From a virus (Duplodnaviria; Heunggongvirae; Uroviricota; Caudoviricetes): 46,151 bases of DNA. The position numbers and the translations under genes were made by a program. Under the pieces are notes generated by a model. The model did not search any database and was not told the DNA's origin. It worked only from the letters and a program-made list of their open reading frames with translations. The DNA lies in IMG/VR virus record IMGVR_UViG_2861079508_000006, one strand, 5' to 3'. Position 1 is the first letter of the stretch. Each line of letters begins with the position of its first letter. Shown here one piece after another: positions 25,666 to 36,285 of the stretch.

Positions 25666-25922
25666 ATCATAACGTCCGGTTTCTTCCGTGCCAGAACCGG
25701 ACTCGCTGGCATGATGAAATATGTGTACCCGGTAACCCCGGTGTGCATCGTTTTTGATTATTCCCGCACACTCGCGCAGAAGGAGTTCCCCGTCGGGCTA
25801 CGGTCTCTGTTAATACGGGAATACGGCGACGATACAGCGCATGATGTGTCAGGCTTGAATACCTTTATCCTTTAAAAGGGATATCAGTTAAGTTATCCCG
25901 TGTAGGGTATAAGCCATTATCA

Positions 25923-25950
25923 AAGCCACTCTGTAGGAAGTGGCTTTTGT
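25923..25950 (+). terminator. putative rho-independent terminator
   Basis: aagccact / agtggctt stem followed by tttgt, downstream of the plus-strand ORFs. Confidence 0.4.
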
Positions 25951-26156
25951 AATGGCAATAAAAAGCCCCGCGAATGCGAGGCTAAATCCTGGTATTTGTA
26001 ATGACTGGCTCTTATCTCAACGCAGCCCCTTACCGCGCGCAAAATGCTCAATATCAAGCATCAGCAATGAGATGTTTAATCTGGATTCACTCCAGAAGTG
26101 AGCACCACCCTGTCTACAGAGCCAGATGTGAAGGATGATGAGTAAAATTATCGCTA

Positions 26157-26624
26157 TCATCGAAGGCATTGCGTCCTGATGTATTCCTGAAGCGTTCTCA
26201 ATGCTGTTTGGTCGCGGATAATTCCGTCCCGGATACCGAGAACGTTTCGTCCAGCAACTGGAGAGAGTTCGACGGTGGCATCATTGCCCATGCCGGAGGC
26301 GCTGGAGGTTTCGGCTGAGGATGGCACAGGGCATTTTCCTTTGACGAGCACCCGACCACCATTATCAAGCTTGCGCCGAAGAGCATCATTTTCAGCTTTC
26401 GCATCAGCTAACTCCTTCGTGTATTTATCATCGAGTGCATCAGCATCACGCTGGCGCTGCTGCATGTCAGTAATGGTGGCGTTCGCCTTCTCCAGTTCAC
26501 TGGCCTTGTTATCGCGCTGTTCTTTGTAGGCGATTGCATTATCACGGTAATGATTAACAGCCCATGACAGGCAGACGATGATGCAGATAACCAGAGCGGA
26601 GATAATCGCGGTTACTCTGCTCAT
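26157..26624 (-). CDS. rzpD: i-spanin Rz
   Basis: N-terminal transmembrane segment and charged coiled-coil region; directly downstream of the endolysin; start placed at MSRV. Confidence 0.8.
   Translation of the reverse strand: MSRVTAIISALVICIIVCLSWAVNHYRDNAIAYKEQRDNKASELEKANATITDMQQRQRDADALDDKYTKELADAKAENDALRRKLDNGGRVLVKGKCPVPSSAETSSASGMGNDATVELSPVAGRNVLGIRDGIIRDQTALRTLQEYIRTQCLR
26198..26404 (-). CDS. rzoD: o-spanin Rz1 embedded in the +1 frame of Rz
   Basis: Embedded ORF with a hydrophobic leader, a VVGC lipobox-like motif and a proline-rich segment ([16 protein letters not shown]); true start is probably an internal Met. Confidence 0.6.
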   Translation of the reverse strand: MRKLKMMLFGASLIMVVGCSSKENALCHPQPKPPAPPAWAMMPPSNSLQLLDETFSVSGTELSATKQH

Positions 26625-27118
26625 TGTTTCCCCCACAAACAGACTTCACGCTCAATCTCACGGCGAGTCATCAGTCCTTTCCATTGATTACCGCCAGCGT
26701 ATGTCCAGCGCCGTAGCTGATCACATGCGCCTTTAATATCACCCTGGTTTATTTTGCGAAGAAGCGTCGATGTTCTGAAATTGCCAGCACCCACGTTGTA
26801 GACGAACGAGTAAAGAGCGCCGCGCGTTGTTTCCGGTATATCGACTTTGATGTACCGGTTAATTTGTCTGGCGACAGTGGCAAGGTCTTTATTCAGGAGG
26901 GCTTTGCACTCTGCTTCGGTATACGTTTTACCGGGAATGATGTCTTTTCCTGTATGCCCGTAACATACAGTCCATACACCAACTATGTCTTTGTAAGGAT
27001 TATGTCTCACACCTTCCAGACCATCGTTACCACTTGGGCCAGTGATTAACACAGATGCTATAGCAATAGCCCCGCCACCAATAGCAGCAGCAACAGCTTT
27101 TCGTAATGATGGAGGCAT
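26621..27118 (-). CDS. rrrD: endolysin (phage-21-type lysozyme with N-terminal signal-anchor)
   Basis: 165-aa ORF with a hydrophobic N-terminus and lysozyme-like core; matches recalled DLP12 RrrD. Confidence 0.85.
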   Translation of the reverse strand: MPPSLRKAVAAAIGGGAIAIASVLITGPSGNDGLEGVRHNPYKDIVGVWTVCYGHTGKDIIPGKTYTEAECKALLNKDLATVARQINRYIKVDIPETTRGALYSFVYNVGAGNFRTSTLLRKINQGDIKGACDQLRRWTYAGGNQWKGLMTRREIEREVCLWGKQ

Positions 27119-27333
27119 TATTCACCTCTCGCAGCCTTGCGCTTATCTTCTTTAATCTTGAAATAAAGGTTTGTCAGGTACGTCAGCAGGCCAAATACCA
27201 GGCTACCCAGCACACCTATTGCTGCCCACTGTGAGGGCGTGACTTTATCGAGCAGCTGTAAAAACCAGTACCCGGCACTACCTGCTGAGGTGCCATAGGC
27301 GACACCCGTTGTTAACTTATCCATGGATTTCAT
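27118..27333 (-). CDS. essD: holin (phage-21 S-type, dual-start MKSM)
   Basis: 71-aa ORF with two transmembrane segments and dual Met starts typical of holin/antiholin pairs. Confidence 0.85.
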
Positions 27334-27905
27334 AACCCCACCTCGCAGACAAAGCGGGTGTAAATTGAGGGAATACTACGAAACGTAACAGACTCGGAGT
27401 CAGTGAATAACTCAGGTATTGGGTTATCAGCTAATATCGAGACTCAAAAAATGGAAAAACCCGCTCGACGGCGGGTTTAAGCTGTGTGACGAAGTAACCA
27501 CTCTTAACAGCATAACCAATTTTTTACGTACGTAAACCACTAAATGATATTTGCGAGAATGCTACCGAGTATTGAAAACACCACTACAAATACATAAGCA
27601 AATCTCAACAAATAACCAACAAATAATTTCCAGTGTTATTTTTAGCCGGTTTAAATTGAACCTTAAAATTATAGAGCACTTATAAATAACAGCCGTTAAT
27701 ATAAATTGGCTAATAGATTTATTTTTATTCAGCCAAGAGCCATGAATAGGATTCGATAGAAAAAAATTCAGATAAAAATAGAGATCTACTTCACAAATCA
27801 AACGAGAAACCAAAACTTACATCTTGAAATAATCACATTGATTAGATGAATATTTATCGCGCAGTGACATCATTTTTTAATAATAGTTCAAAAAAAGGGC
27901 TCACG

Positions 27906-29003
27906 ATGAAAAAATTAACAGTGGCAATTTCTGCTGTAGCTGCATCAGTACTGATGGCGATGTCTGCTCAGGCAGCTGAAATTTATAATAAAGACAGTAA
28001 CAAGCTGGATCTGTACGGGAAAGTTAATGCTAAGCACTACTTCTCCTCTAATGATGCAGATGATGGTGATACTACTTATGCCCGTCTTGGCTTCAAAGGT
28101 GAAACCCAAATCAACGATCAACTGACTGGTTTCGGTCAGTGGGAATATGAATTCAAAGGCAACCGCGCTGAATCTCAAGGTTCCTCCAAAGATAAAACCC
28201 GTCTTGCCTTCGCTGGCCTGAAATTCGGTGACTACGGCTCCATCGATTACGGCCGTAACTACGGTGTAGCATACGACATCGGTGCGTGGACTGACGTCCT
28301 GCCAGAATTCGGTGGTGACACTTGGACTCAAACCGACGTGTTCATGACTCAACGTGCAACTGGTGTTGCAACCTATCGTAACAACGACTTCTTTGGTCTG
28401 GTTGATGGTCTGAACTTTGCTGCTCAGTACCAAGGCAAAAACGATCGTAGCGATTTCGATAACTACACTGAAGGTAACGGTGATGGCTTCGGTTTCTCTG
28501 CTACCTATGAATACGAAGGATTCGGTATCGGTGCAACTTATGCGAAATCTGATCGTACCGACACTCAAGTTAATGCAGGGAAAGTTCTTCCTGAAGTATT
28601 TGCTTCCGGTAAAAATGCAGAAGTTTGGGCCGCAGGTCTGAAATATGACGCTAACAACATTTACCTGGCCACTACCTATTCTGAAACCCAGAATATGACT
28701 GTATTTGCTGATCACTTCGTTGCTAATAAAGCCCAAAACTTCGAAGCTGTTGCACAATATCAGTTCGATTTCGGTCTGCGTCCGTCCGTTGCTTACCTGC
28801 AATCTAAAGGTAAGGATCTTGGAGTATGGGGCGATCAGGACTTAGTCAAATATGTTGATGTAGGTGCAACCTATTACTTCAACAAAAATATGTCTACTTT
28901 CGTTGATTACAAAATCAACCTGCTTGACAAAAATGACTTCACTAAAGCACTCGGTGTAAGCACTGATGACATCGTTGCTGTAGGTCTGGTTTACCAGTTC
29001 TAA
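27906..29003 (+). CDS. nmpC: general porin of the OmpC/NmpC/OmpD family
   Basis: Signal peptide [23 protein letters not shown], porin beta-barrel repeats and terminal YQF. Start placed at MKKLTV rather than the upstream ATG at 27846. Confidence 0.9.
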   Translation: MKKLTVAISAVAASVLMAMSAQAAEIYNKDSNKLDLYGKVNAKHYFSSNDADDGDTTYARLGFKGETQINDQLTGFGQWEYEFKGNRAESQGSSKDKTRLAFAGLKFGDYGSIDYGRNYGVAYDIGAWTDVLPEFGGDTWTQTDVFMTQRATGVATYRNNDFFGLVDGLNFAAQYQGKNDRSDFDNYTEGNGDGFGFSATYEYEGFGIGATYAKSDRTDTQVNAGKVLPEVFASGKNAEVWAAGLKYDANNIYLATTYSETQNMTVFADHFVANKAQNFEAVAQYQFDFGLRPSVAYLQSKGKDLGVWGDQDLVKYVDVGATYYFNKNMSTFVDYKINLLDKNDFTKALGVSTDDIVAVGLVYQF

Positions 29004-29020
29004 TCTGATTACGAAAAAGA

Positions 29021-29100
29021 TATGTTGCGGGAGGCGTTGCCTCCCCAACATATAAGTGGCTCCCTCAAGCCACTTCCTTTAGAAGCACAACCTTGCTTCT
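29021..29100 (+). terminator. cluster of three hairpins downstream of the porin gene
   Basis: atatgttgcgggaggc...gcctccccaacatat, aagtggct...agccactt and agaagca...tgcttct. Confidence 0.5.
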
Positions 29101-29192
29101 AACTATATAAACCTTCTGTTATATATTACCCTTTATTTTTGGGGGCGTCTCAACGCCCCATTTTTAATAATTTTTAGTAAACAATTGGCATA

Positions 29193-29591
29193 TTAATTAG
29201 AGTTATTAACAACGATATCCATCTCTAACCGGATATCTAATGCCATTAACATCCCTTCAATTATGCCCTCAGCCTTTTGTAACCTTTTCCCGATATAACC
29301 ATCAGAGCAGCAATGCTTACCTGCCAGTGACATGAATGTCATACCGACTACATAATAATCTACTAATAAATCGTGCAAATCGCTGTTGTTCTTTTTCAGA
29401 CGGGCCATGCACCCGCAAATGATCATCGCGTCATCGTCACAACATTGCGGGCGAGATTTTACTTTTGAAGGAATTAATCCCTTAAAACCGGCGGCAATGG
29501 ACGACCAGGTCACATCTTCATGATTATTAGCCGCCCACGCTCCCCAACGCTCAAGAACCATCTGAATATCACGCATCAACTTACTCCACAA
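29193..29591 (-). CDS. quuD: late-gene antiterminator Q (phage-82/DLP12 QuuD type)
   Basis: 132-aa Cys-rich ORF upstream of the lysis cassette; matches recalled QuuD. Confidence 0.8.
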   Translation of the reverse strand: MWSKLMRDIQMVLERWGAWAANNHEDVTWSSIAAGFKGLIPSKVKSRPQCCDDDAMIICGCMARLKKNNSDLHDLLVDYYVVGMTFMSLAGKHCCSDGYIGKRLQKAEGIIEGMLMALDIRLEMDIVVNNSN

Positions 29592-29798
29592 AAATCAGAC
29601 CAGAACGCCAATTACAAGCAAAAATCAACAAAACAGTATTAGTTGATTGTTATCTCTGACTTCATACTCCTGCTCCTGTCAGGGTTTTGGCGTAATTCTT
29701 CAGTATTCGGTAATCGGTCAAAACAGAACCGGGGAAACGATATAAGCGCAGATGCCCCCAGCGGTGGCGAAGAAGTTCTGCCATATAAAACTCAAACA

Positions 29799-30161
29799 TC
29801 ATTCATTCCCCATTTCGGTGATGGTCAGTTCCAGCCTCCCACCTTTGGTAACAGGCATCTTCACAACGCGGTAATCAACGACCTGAGCATCATCCAGCCA
29901 GAAACCTGCTTTAGTGAGTGCGTCAAAAGCGGCTTTTTGCAGATTATCCAGGTCACGGCGACGGCGATCCGGCATGTGGCACTCAATGCGGATTTTCACA
30001 GGCATAGCCAGGCCGATATCCAGCATTGCGTTTTTAATGATTCGGGCGACGTTATCGCGGTATGCCTGCCCCTCTGCGCTGACGTGCGTGCGCCCGCGAT
30101 TATGGCGGTAATAGCGATTATTGCTCGGAGGCCAGGGTAATGTGATGCTGTAGGTATTCAC
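29799..30161 (-). CDS. rusA: Holliday junction resolvase RusA
   Basis: 120-aa ORF matching recalled RusA. Confidence 0.9.
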   Translation of the reverse strand: MNTYSITLPWPPSNNRYYRHNRGRTHVSAEGQAYRDNVARIIKNAMLDIGLAMPVKIRIECHMPDRRRRDLDNLQKAAFDALTKAGFWLDDAQVVDYRVVKMPVTKGGRLELTITEMGNE

Positions 30162-30448
30162 GCCTTAATAACCCCCTCTTTCAGCCAGATAACCTGTGTT
30201 CTCGCCATACCTTCCAGCGCGCATTCTTTTGCATATCCAGCGTCAACAAAATGCGTGCGGCGGTCGATTTCGTCGTGGCAGGCAGAACATGCAATGGTGG
30301 CAATCAGGTCTGGCAGTTTCGTACCGGTGCCGCACAATCCAGTCAGCCGGATATGTGCCAGTACAGACGTTTCAGGGTTGCCATTACATACGCCAGGGAT
30401 TCTTACCTGGCATTCCCGACCACGCGCTGCTTTTCTCAAATCAGCCAT
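30158..30448 (-). CDS. ybcO: YbcO-like protein (DUF1364, putative nuclease)
   Basis: Start placed at the internal Met (MADLRK), giving 96 aa; Cys cluster present. Confidence 0.7.
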   Translation of the reverse strand: MADLRKAARGRECQVRIPGVCNGNPETSVLAHIRLTGLCGTGTKLPDLIATIACSACHDEIDRRTHFVDAGYAKECALEGMARTQVIWLKEGVIKA

Positions 30449-30611
30449 GACTCCTCCTTGCTGCCAGTCGCAACCATTTTTTATCAACCAAGCTGGCGGT
30501 ATATCCGAGCAGTGTTGGTATTTCGGATGGCTTCAGCTCAGGTTTACGCTTACGACGATTTGGTACTCTGTAGATGTGTCCGTTCATGACACGAATAAGC
30601 GGTGTAGCCAT
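30441..30611 (-). CDS. ninE: NinE-like protein
   Basis: C-terminal ...TASLVDKKWLRLAARR resembles the recalled lambda NinE terminus; start at internal Met. Confidence 0.55.
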   Translation of the reverse strand: MATPLIRVMNGHIYRVPNRRKRKPELKPSEIPTLLGYTASLVDKKWLRLAARRSHG

Positions 30612-31066
30612 TACGCCTCCTGCTTGTCGCGCAGCAGCTGGAACTCGCAGCTCTGTGGAATAGTCAGGTGGCAACCAATATTCATCGCCCAGGCTTCAAC
30701 CTTACACAGGAAGACATACATCTCTCCGGTATCAAGATCGGAGGTATGGCGTAACGACTGGATAGTGGTGATATCACCGGTTAGGACATCAACCAGGTCT
30801 TTGGTTTCATAACCGAGATATGTGTGTTTGAGAGCATCTTTTACCCAAGCTGGAGTGGCGAACGTTTTACCCCTGCTGATGAGGTATTCACTGATTTCGC
30901 TGTACCACATGTGGCTGAGTGCATTCTGGGAAAGACTGCGTTTCTCACGCCACGGTTTAAGCACCATGCGAAAGCATTTGCCCTCCTCCAGATAAGGCTG
31001 GATCTGCCGACCGATAGCGGTGAAGTTGCCGCGATGTAATTTGATGCCGTCTTGTGAGAGGTTCAC
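30611..31066 (-). CDS. ybcN: YbcN-like DNA-binding protein
   Basis: 151-aa ORF matching recalled DLP12 YbcN. Confidence 0.75.
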
Positions 31067-31280
31067 GCTTCCCCTCCGCAGAGGTCAAACGCTAGATGCA
31101 AAGAATTGCAGGTGCATTTCTGCATCTGTGAAGGGAGAAGAGAGTTTGGATTGTATGTGCGCATAAACGTCCCCGTTTAGCGCAGAAGTCACCGGAGTTG
31201 TTCAGGCTCCGGTGACATAATTATGCCGTGTTGATTTCCCAAAATCAAAATCGATAGAATTGCTCCTTCTTAAAACACTT

Positions 31281-32078
31281 TTACTCTCTGGAAGCTTTTC
31301 TTATCTCTCTTGGTGTTATATTAAAACGATTATGAAATCTTTCAGTAAAACGAGAAGGACACTTATAACCATTTTCTCTGGCAATCTCGCTTATAGGTTT
31401 TACCGTCGTTTGTATAGCAGACAACGCATTATTTAACCTCACATCGTCCAGTATACTTTGGAAACTTACCCCCTCGCTTGCTAGACGGCGATGTAATGTA
31501 GAAACAGAAATGTAGAGATATCGAGCAACCTTGTTTGCTGTCCATTTTGTGCCGGGTTCGGATAGCAGCAGGTTATAACAACGACTTATCAATGATTGTT
31601 TACTATATGATAAAAGTAAATGATTAACATGATTCACTCCTAACGAAAGTAGAACGCCCATTGCTAAGTGCTCCTGAATTTTAGTTGAGAAGCCTCGGGA
31701 AACAGATGTTTTTAGTTGCTCCCAACAATATATTAACTCAGGATTCTGAGGTAAAAAGAAACTTGTTTTGTTACGTATTTGATCAGTTACCGTATAAAGT
31801 TTTTGGAAACTCTCAATTAAATCAATGGGTAAGTAAAGCATTTCTGCAAGATAAAGCCCTGCTTCAGGATAATTCTCAATATAAAATTCATAACCACAAG
31901 GAAATAATATTATTTGATTATTATCAACAGTTAAAGTATGCGTCTCCCAATTGATAACTTTCTTTCCCTGACGGATACGACACAAAGCTGGCATAAGAGG
32001 CTTAACCCTATGAATCTCATGATGTTTATGCATCCGTATTTCTTCGATCTTTAAGTTAGTCTTACCTCTTGCCAGCAT
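31281..32078 (-). CDS. ybcM: AraC-family transcriptional regulator (YbcM-like)
   Basis: 265-aa AT-rich ORF with a C-terminal AraC HTH. Confidence 0.8.
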
Positions 32079-32087
32079 ACTCTCACC

Positions 32088-32639
32088 CTACTTTATCTCA
32101 TAAACTGGTGTTATCTCAGCGGTTGCGATTTTATTAGCATTAAGCATATAACCAACTAACGCTCCGCTGGAGTTAGAATCTACAGGAATCTTTTCAGTTT
32201 TTAGAGCCCATACTTTAAACTGGTAATGATGTGGTTTATCTCCTTTAGGAGGACATGCGCCACCAAACCCAGCATAGCCAAAATCATTTCGGCCTTGAAC
32301 AGCACCAGTCGGCAGTTTTGTTCCATCACGTCTCCCTGCATCAACGGGCAAATATGTTACTGTTGCTGGAATATTAACAACAGTCCAATGCCACCAACCA
32401 CTGCCTGTAGGTGCATCTGGATCATATACAGTTACGGCAAAGCTTTTGGTACCTTCAGGAACACCAGACCAGGTTAATGAGGGCGATGTATTACCACCTT
32501 CACACCCAAATCCAGAAAAGACATGAGACGTTGTAAGTTGCTCTCCTGTTTTTATTTCATTACTAGTGACCTGAAATGCTGCAGCCTGCGCAGAAAATGT
32601 TATGAATGCCAATACAGTTGAAACGATAAGTGTTTTCAT
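32088..32639 (-). CDS. ybcL: periplasmic PEBP/YbhB-family protein (YbcL-like)
   Basis: 183-aa ORF with signal peptide and PEBP-like motifs (DPDAP, HHY). Confidence 0.8.
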   Translation of the reverse strand: MKTLIVSTVLAFITFSAQAAAFQVTSNEIKTGEQLTTSHVFSGFGCEGGNTSPSLTWSGVPEGTKSFAVTVYDPDAPTGSGWWHWTVVNIPATVTYLPVDAGRRDGTKLPTGAVQGRNDFGYAGFGGACPPKGDKPHHYQFKVWALKTEKIPVDSNSSGALVGYMLNANKIATAEITPVYEIK

Positions 32640-33103
32640 AAAAACCTCTTTGTTATGACCTATCGTTATTTTATTTGATATTCCTTTATCTCATTATGCA
32701 TAAAGGCGCAATGTTCATGCAAAAGCAATCACAATTGTACCCCCAACCCAATTATTTGCCACAATATACACAAAGCACATTGATACTATCTAAAAACTCT
32801 GCTTTATTATTAGTAATACCTACGAAAGTCGGTGTTATTTTTTAACCTACCATTCAAAATACGTGACATACACCATTTTGCTCATAATAATTTGTCACGT
32901 ATTTTCAGTATTTGAATCTGCGACCAAGAGTTCTCACCTAACAAATGATTAAGATTGTATAGCTCATTTACTACCCCAATACAGCCGTACAAAACTCGCT
33001 TGTGGGAGCAAACAAAGTAATTACCCATTAAGTTTCGTCAAAGATAATTAATTCTGTCTTGGACTTTATCACCATAGCATAACTTAAAATCCGAGATCAT
33101 TAT

Positions 33104-34630
33104 TTAGAAATAAATCTCACCATCAACCATATATTTGAGAGCACTTATCGCCTGCTGGGCGGATATTACTTTCATTAAAGGATAGTGTTTAAAAACAATG
33201 CCATTCATAAAATAGATATCACAGGTTTTATTATCCGTATTAATTATGATTTTTTCGAATGTTTTATAGGCAAGTGTACGGCATAACTCTCGTCCATTTT
33301 TACTGGTTAAGTCAATAGCATAAAAATCACTGAATGAATTTACACCTTTACTCTTCAAAGTTTTCAATGATACCGAAGCCCTTCGTAATTCCTTATCTAA
33401 TAGTCTTATTTTCTCTGCTATAGCGGTAACTTCAGGCGCGACAGACAATGCAACGATTAAATTATTAATTTTCATCTGAAGCTCAATAATTTTTAACTCT
33501 AAAGTTTCATTAGCATCTTTCTTGTTTTCAACTGGTTGAATTTTGCTACAATTAAAAAGCAATTCATTAATGATATTATAATCAACCAAATCTCTTTTTA
33601 TTGATGGCCTGTCACATCGATGTAATCTTCTCATCGGACAAACATAATAGCCATGCAAACTTCCAGATACCGCATGAACAATCATGGTACTACCACAAGC
33701 CTCACACTTCATAACTGTTCGAAGTAGATTTATTAGCATAGGATTCTTGCTACTATTGCTAATACCAAAAGGTGCCAACCGAATTTCCTGTACAGCGTAA
33801 AACAAATCATCTGATATGACTCTGGGATAATAGCCAGCGATTTCACTTATCCCTTTCCCTCTTGCACGATATGAAGGTACGCATATACCTATCAGAGCTT
33901 TATTCGCTAATAATTTTTCAATTACAGAAGGTCCCCATGCACTTTCTTTTCCTGAGAAATTCTTTACAGCATGATCATTTAAATACTTGGCTATTGCATT
34001 CAATGAGCGCCTTTCCATCCTGAGTTTAAAAATTAGCTCAATAGTTTTCACCCTGTCGGGGTCTGGAACAAAAGCCGTTCTTTTGTCATCTAAGGAGAGC
34101 CATCTCGGACAAGACGCCGTCATAATCGTACCTGATTCCAGTGCATCCTGCCGTTTTTTCTTCCATGATAATTTAACCCGACTTGACTTTATCTCGCTTT
34201 CTTCATTTGCCCTTTGTGCTATAAGTATGGCTTTTATTAATGAATATGGCTCATTCAAAGAGTCAATATTATAGACTGTATTGTCGCAAAGAGTTATAAC
34301 ATCAATACCGTGATTCAAAATCAATTTCAGACGTTCAATCGCTTCACCGACTTTTTCTCTTGAAAGTCTGTCCAGACTTTCAACTAACAATGTAGTTCCT
34401 GGCAATATATAACCATGCTCTATAGCATCTAAAAATTCCGAAAAAGCTCCTGATTGTGCATGCTTTCCTTTGAATGCACTTAATCCTAAATCTTCATATG
34501 TTATGGTATCAAGATAATAATCACTATTTACCTTTAACCATTCAGCAATAAGTCTTCTCTGTCGGTTTAATGAGTCGCCAGACATCTGACCTGGTGATGA
34601 AAATCGCATATATGCTATGGCTTTTTTCAT
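33104..34630 (-). CDS. ybcK: large serine recombinase family protein (YbcK-like)
   Basis: 508-aa AT-rich ORF with an N-terminal resolvase-type catalytic region (candidate Ser in AYMRFSSPGQ). Confidence 0.75.
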   Translation of the reverse strand: MKKAIAYMRFSSPGQMSGDSLNRQRRLIAEWLKVNSDYYLDTITYEDLGLSAFKGKHAQSGAFSEFLDAIEHGYILPGTTLLVESLDRLSREKVGEAIERLKLILNHGIDVITLCDNTVYNIDSLNEPYSLIKAILIAQRANEESEIKSSRVKLSWKKKRQDALESGTIMTASCPRWLSLDDKRTAFVPDPDRVKTIELIFKLRMERRSLNAIAKYLNDHAVKNFSGKESAWGPSVIEKLLANKALIGICVPSYRARGKGISEIAGYYPRVISDDLFYAVQEIRLAPFGISNSSKNPMLINLLRTVMKCEACGSTMIVHAVSGSLHGYYVCPMRRLHRCDRPSIKRDLVDYNIINELLFNCSKIQPVENKKDANETLELKIIELQMKINNLIVALSVAPEVTAIAEKIRLLDKELRRASVSLKTLKSKGVNSFSDFYAIDLTSKNGRELCRTLAYKTFEKIIINTDNKTCDIYFMNGIVFKHYPLMKVISAQQAISALKYMVDGEIYF

Positions 34631-34884
34631 GGTGACACCTGCTAACGTATGCTTTTATAAACCTTAGTGGTGGGATATAATTTTTGTTTATTTTTTATTT
34701 AAAAAGACAATTAAGGTCACATTATCTTGAATATACAACAATAATCGTATTGCAATTTTCTTACGCCATAATCTTGAAAGCACAAAAGAATACATAAAAA
34801 ATAAAGACATTAACAAGAAGCATAAAACGAGGCTCATATAAATATAAGAGCCTCCATATTTTAGTCGTTTAGAAACAAATTATT

Positions 34885-35217
34885 TTAATGTGGTGTGCTT
34901 CGTGACAATAAATTAATAATCAACACACCGGCACAAATCAACATCATGCCTATAATGGCTGGCAGGTCCAGCCGTTGGCCGAAAAATCCCCATGACAGTA
35001 AGCTAATCAGGACAATACCGACTCCTGACCAGATAGCATAAGCAATCCCTGTAGGAATATAAGCCAGCGTCTGAGCTAATAACCAGAATGATGCACAATA
35101 ACAAATAATTGTACCAACAGATGGCCATAACCGTGTAAAACCTTCTGAAAACTTCATTAAGGTTGTACCAATGACCTCTGCAAGTATTGCACCACCAAGA
35201 TAAATATAAGGGTTCAT
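34885..35217 (-). CDS. emrE: small multidrug resistance efflux protein EmrE
   Basis: Start at the internal Met (MNPYIYLGGAILAEV), giving 110 aa with four transmembrane helices; matches recalled EmrE. Confidence 0.9.
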   Translation of the reverse strand: MNPYIYLGGAILAEVIGTTLMKFSEGFTRLWPSVGTIICYCASFWLLAQTLAYIPTGIAYAIWSGVGIVLISLLSWGFFGQRLDLPAIIGMMLICAGVLIINLLSRSTPH

Positions 35218-35284
35218 AGCATATTCTTTCCTGTTCAAACTGGAGAGAATTGTACTACAGTTTGAACTCAACTCACCTGTTTCA

Positions 35285-35587
35285 TCATTGTGTTCCCATT
35301 GATGTTCTTTTATATACCCTCAATACCCGTTTCATCGCGGCACTCTGGCGACACTCCTTAAAAATCAGATTCGTGCTCACCTTTCCTTCCCGTTCTTCTC
35401 TGGTAGCGAACCGGTAATACACCGTTCGCCAGACCTTACCATCAACGACCAGGATTCCTGCCCGCGCCATTTTAGCCGCAGCCTGATTTATGCTGGTTAC
35501 GGTTGCGCCTGTTACCGCGGCAACGTCCTGTGCACAGAAGCTCTTATGCGTCCCCAGGTAATGAATAATTGCCTCTTTGCCCGTCAT
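35285..35587 (-). CDS. ren: Ren protein
   Basis: 100-aa ORF matching recalled lambda Ren (MTGKEAIIHYLGTH...). Confidence 0.85.
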   Translation of the reverse strand: MTGKEAIIHYLGTHKSFCAQDVAAVTGATVTSINQAAAKMARAGILVVDGKVWRTVYYRFATREEREGKVSTNLIFKECRQSAAMKRVLRVYKRTSMGTQ

Positions 35588-36285
35588 ACACTTGCTCCTT
35601 TCAGTCCGAACTTAGCTTTAATTTCTGCGATCTTCGCCAGAGCCTGTGCACGATTTAGAGGTCTACCGCCCATAACAGGAAGTTGTTTTACTGGTTCAGG
35701 TATCGTCTCACCACGGTTAATTCGCGCTGTCATACAGGTCAGTTCATCGGCAGCCTTGCGCCGTAATTCCGCGTCAGTCAGCGCATTGGCCCGCATGTTC
35801 TGGTACAGGTTGGTAACCAACCAGTAGTGCGCGTTTGATTTCCATGGATAAGACTCTGCGTCCGGATACAGGCCACGCTTCCGGCAATACTCGTAAACCA
35901 TATCAACCAGCTCGCTGGCGTTTGGCAGCCCAGCGGTAACGGATGTTTCTTCCCGGCACCAGGCAACAAACTGCCCGGGTGATGGCAGGAATGGTCGATT
36001 CTGCCGACGGGCTACGCGCATTCCTGCGTTAACCTGTTCCATTGTGGTGATCCCGTTTTCCCGGAAAGCCAGAACCCACTGGCGGCGGATTTCGTTCAGT
36101 TCGTTCTGATCCCGGTTAGCCAGGCTCGCAGGGAAAGTTGCCAGTAACTGGCTGAACACACCATTGATGATCTGCGCTACCTGCTGTACCTGCGGCTTTT
36201 CGTCGTACTGTTCCGGCATATTGTTGGCGATCCGGCGCATCTGCTCACGGTCAAAGTTAACCATCTGTGCGGCGATGTTTTTCAT
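35584..36285 (-). CDS. P: replication protein P (DnaB helicase loader)
   Basis: 233-aa ORF matching recalled lambda P. Confidence 0.95.
   Translation of the reverse strand: MKNIAAQMVNFDREQMRRIANNMPEQYDEKPQVQQVAQIINGVFSQLLATFPASLANRDQNELNEIRRQWVLAFRENGITTMEQVNAGMRVARRQNRPFLPSPGQFVAWCREETSVTAGLPNASELVDMVYEYCRKRGLYPDAESYPWKSNAHYWLVTNLYQNMRANALTDAELRRKAADELTCMTARINRGETIPEPVKQLPVMGGRPLNRAQALAKIAEIKAKFGLKGASV

Noticed and set aside
27562-27813. 83-aa minus-strand ORF in the AT-rich spacer upstream of the porin
   Set aside because: Very AT-rich with Phe/Leu/Ile/Asn-dominated translation; more likely the porin promoter and leader region.
27945-28802. 285-aa minus-strand ORF antisense to the porin gene
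   Set aside because: Completely overlapped by the porin CDS, which has a signal peptide and porin hallmarks; the antisense translation is featureless.
29643-30140. 165-aa plus-strand ORF overlapping rusA
   Set aside because: Antisense to the well-matched RusA ORF; no independent support.
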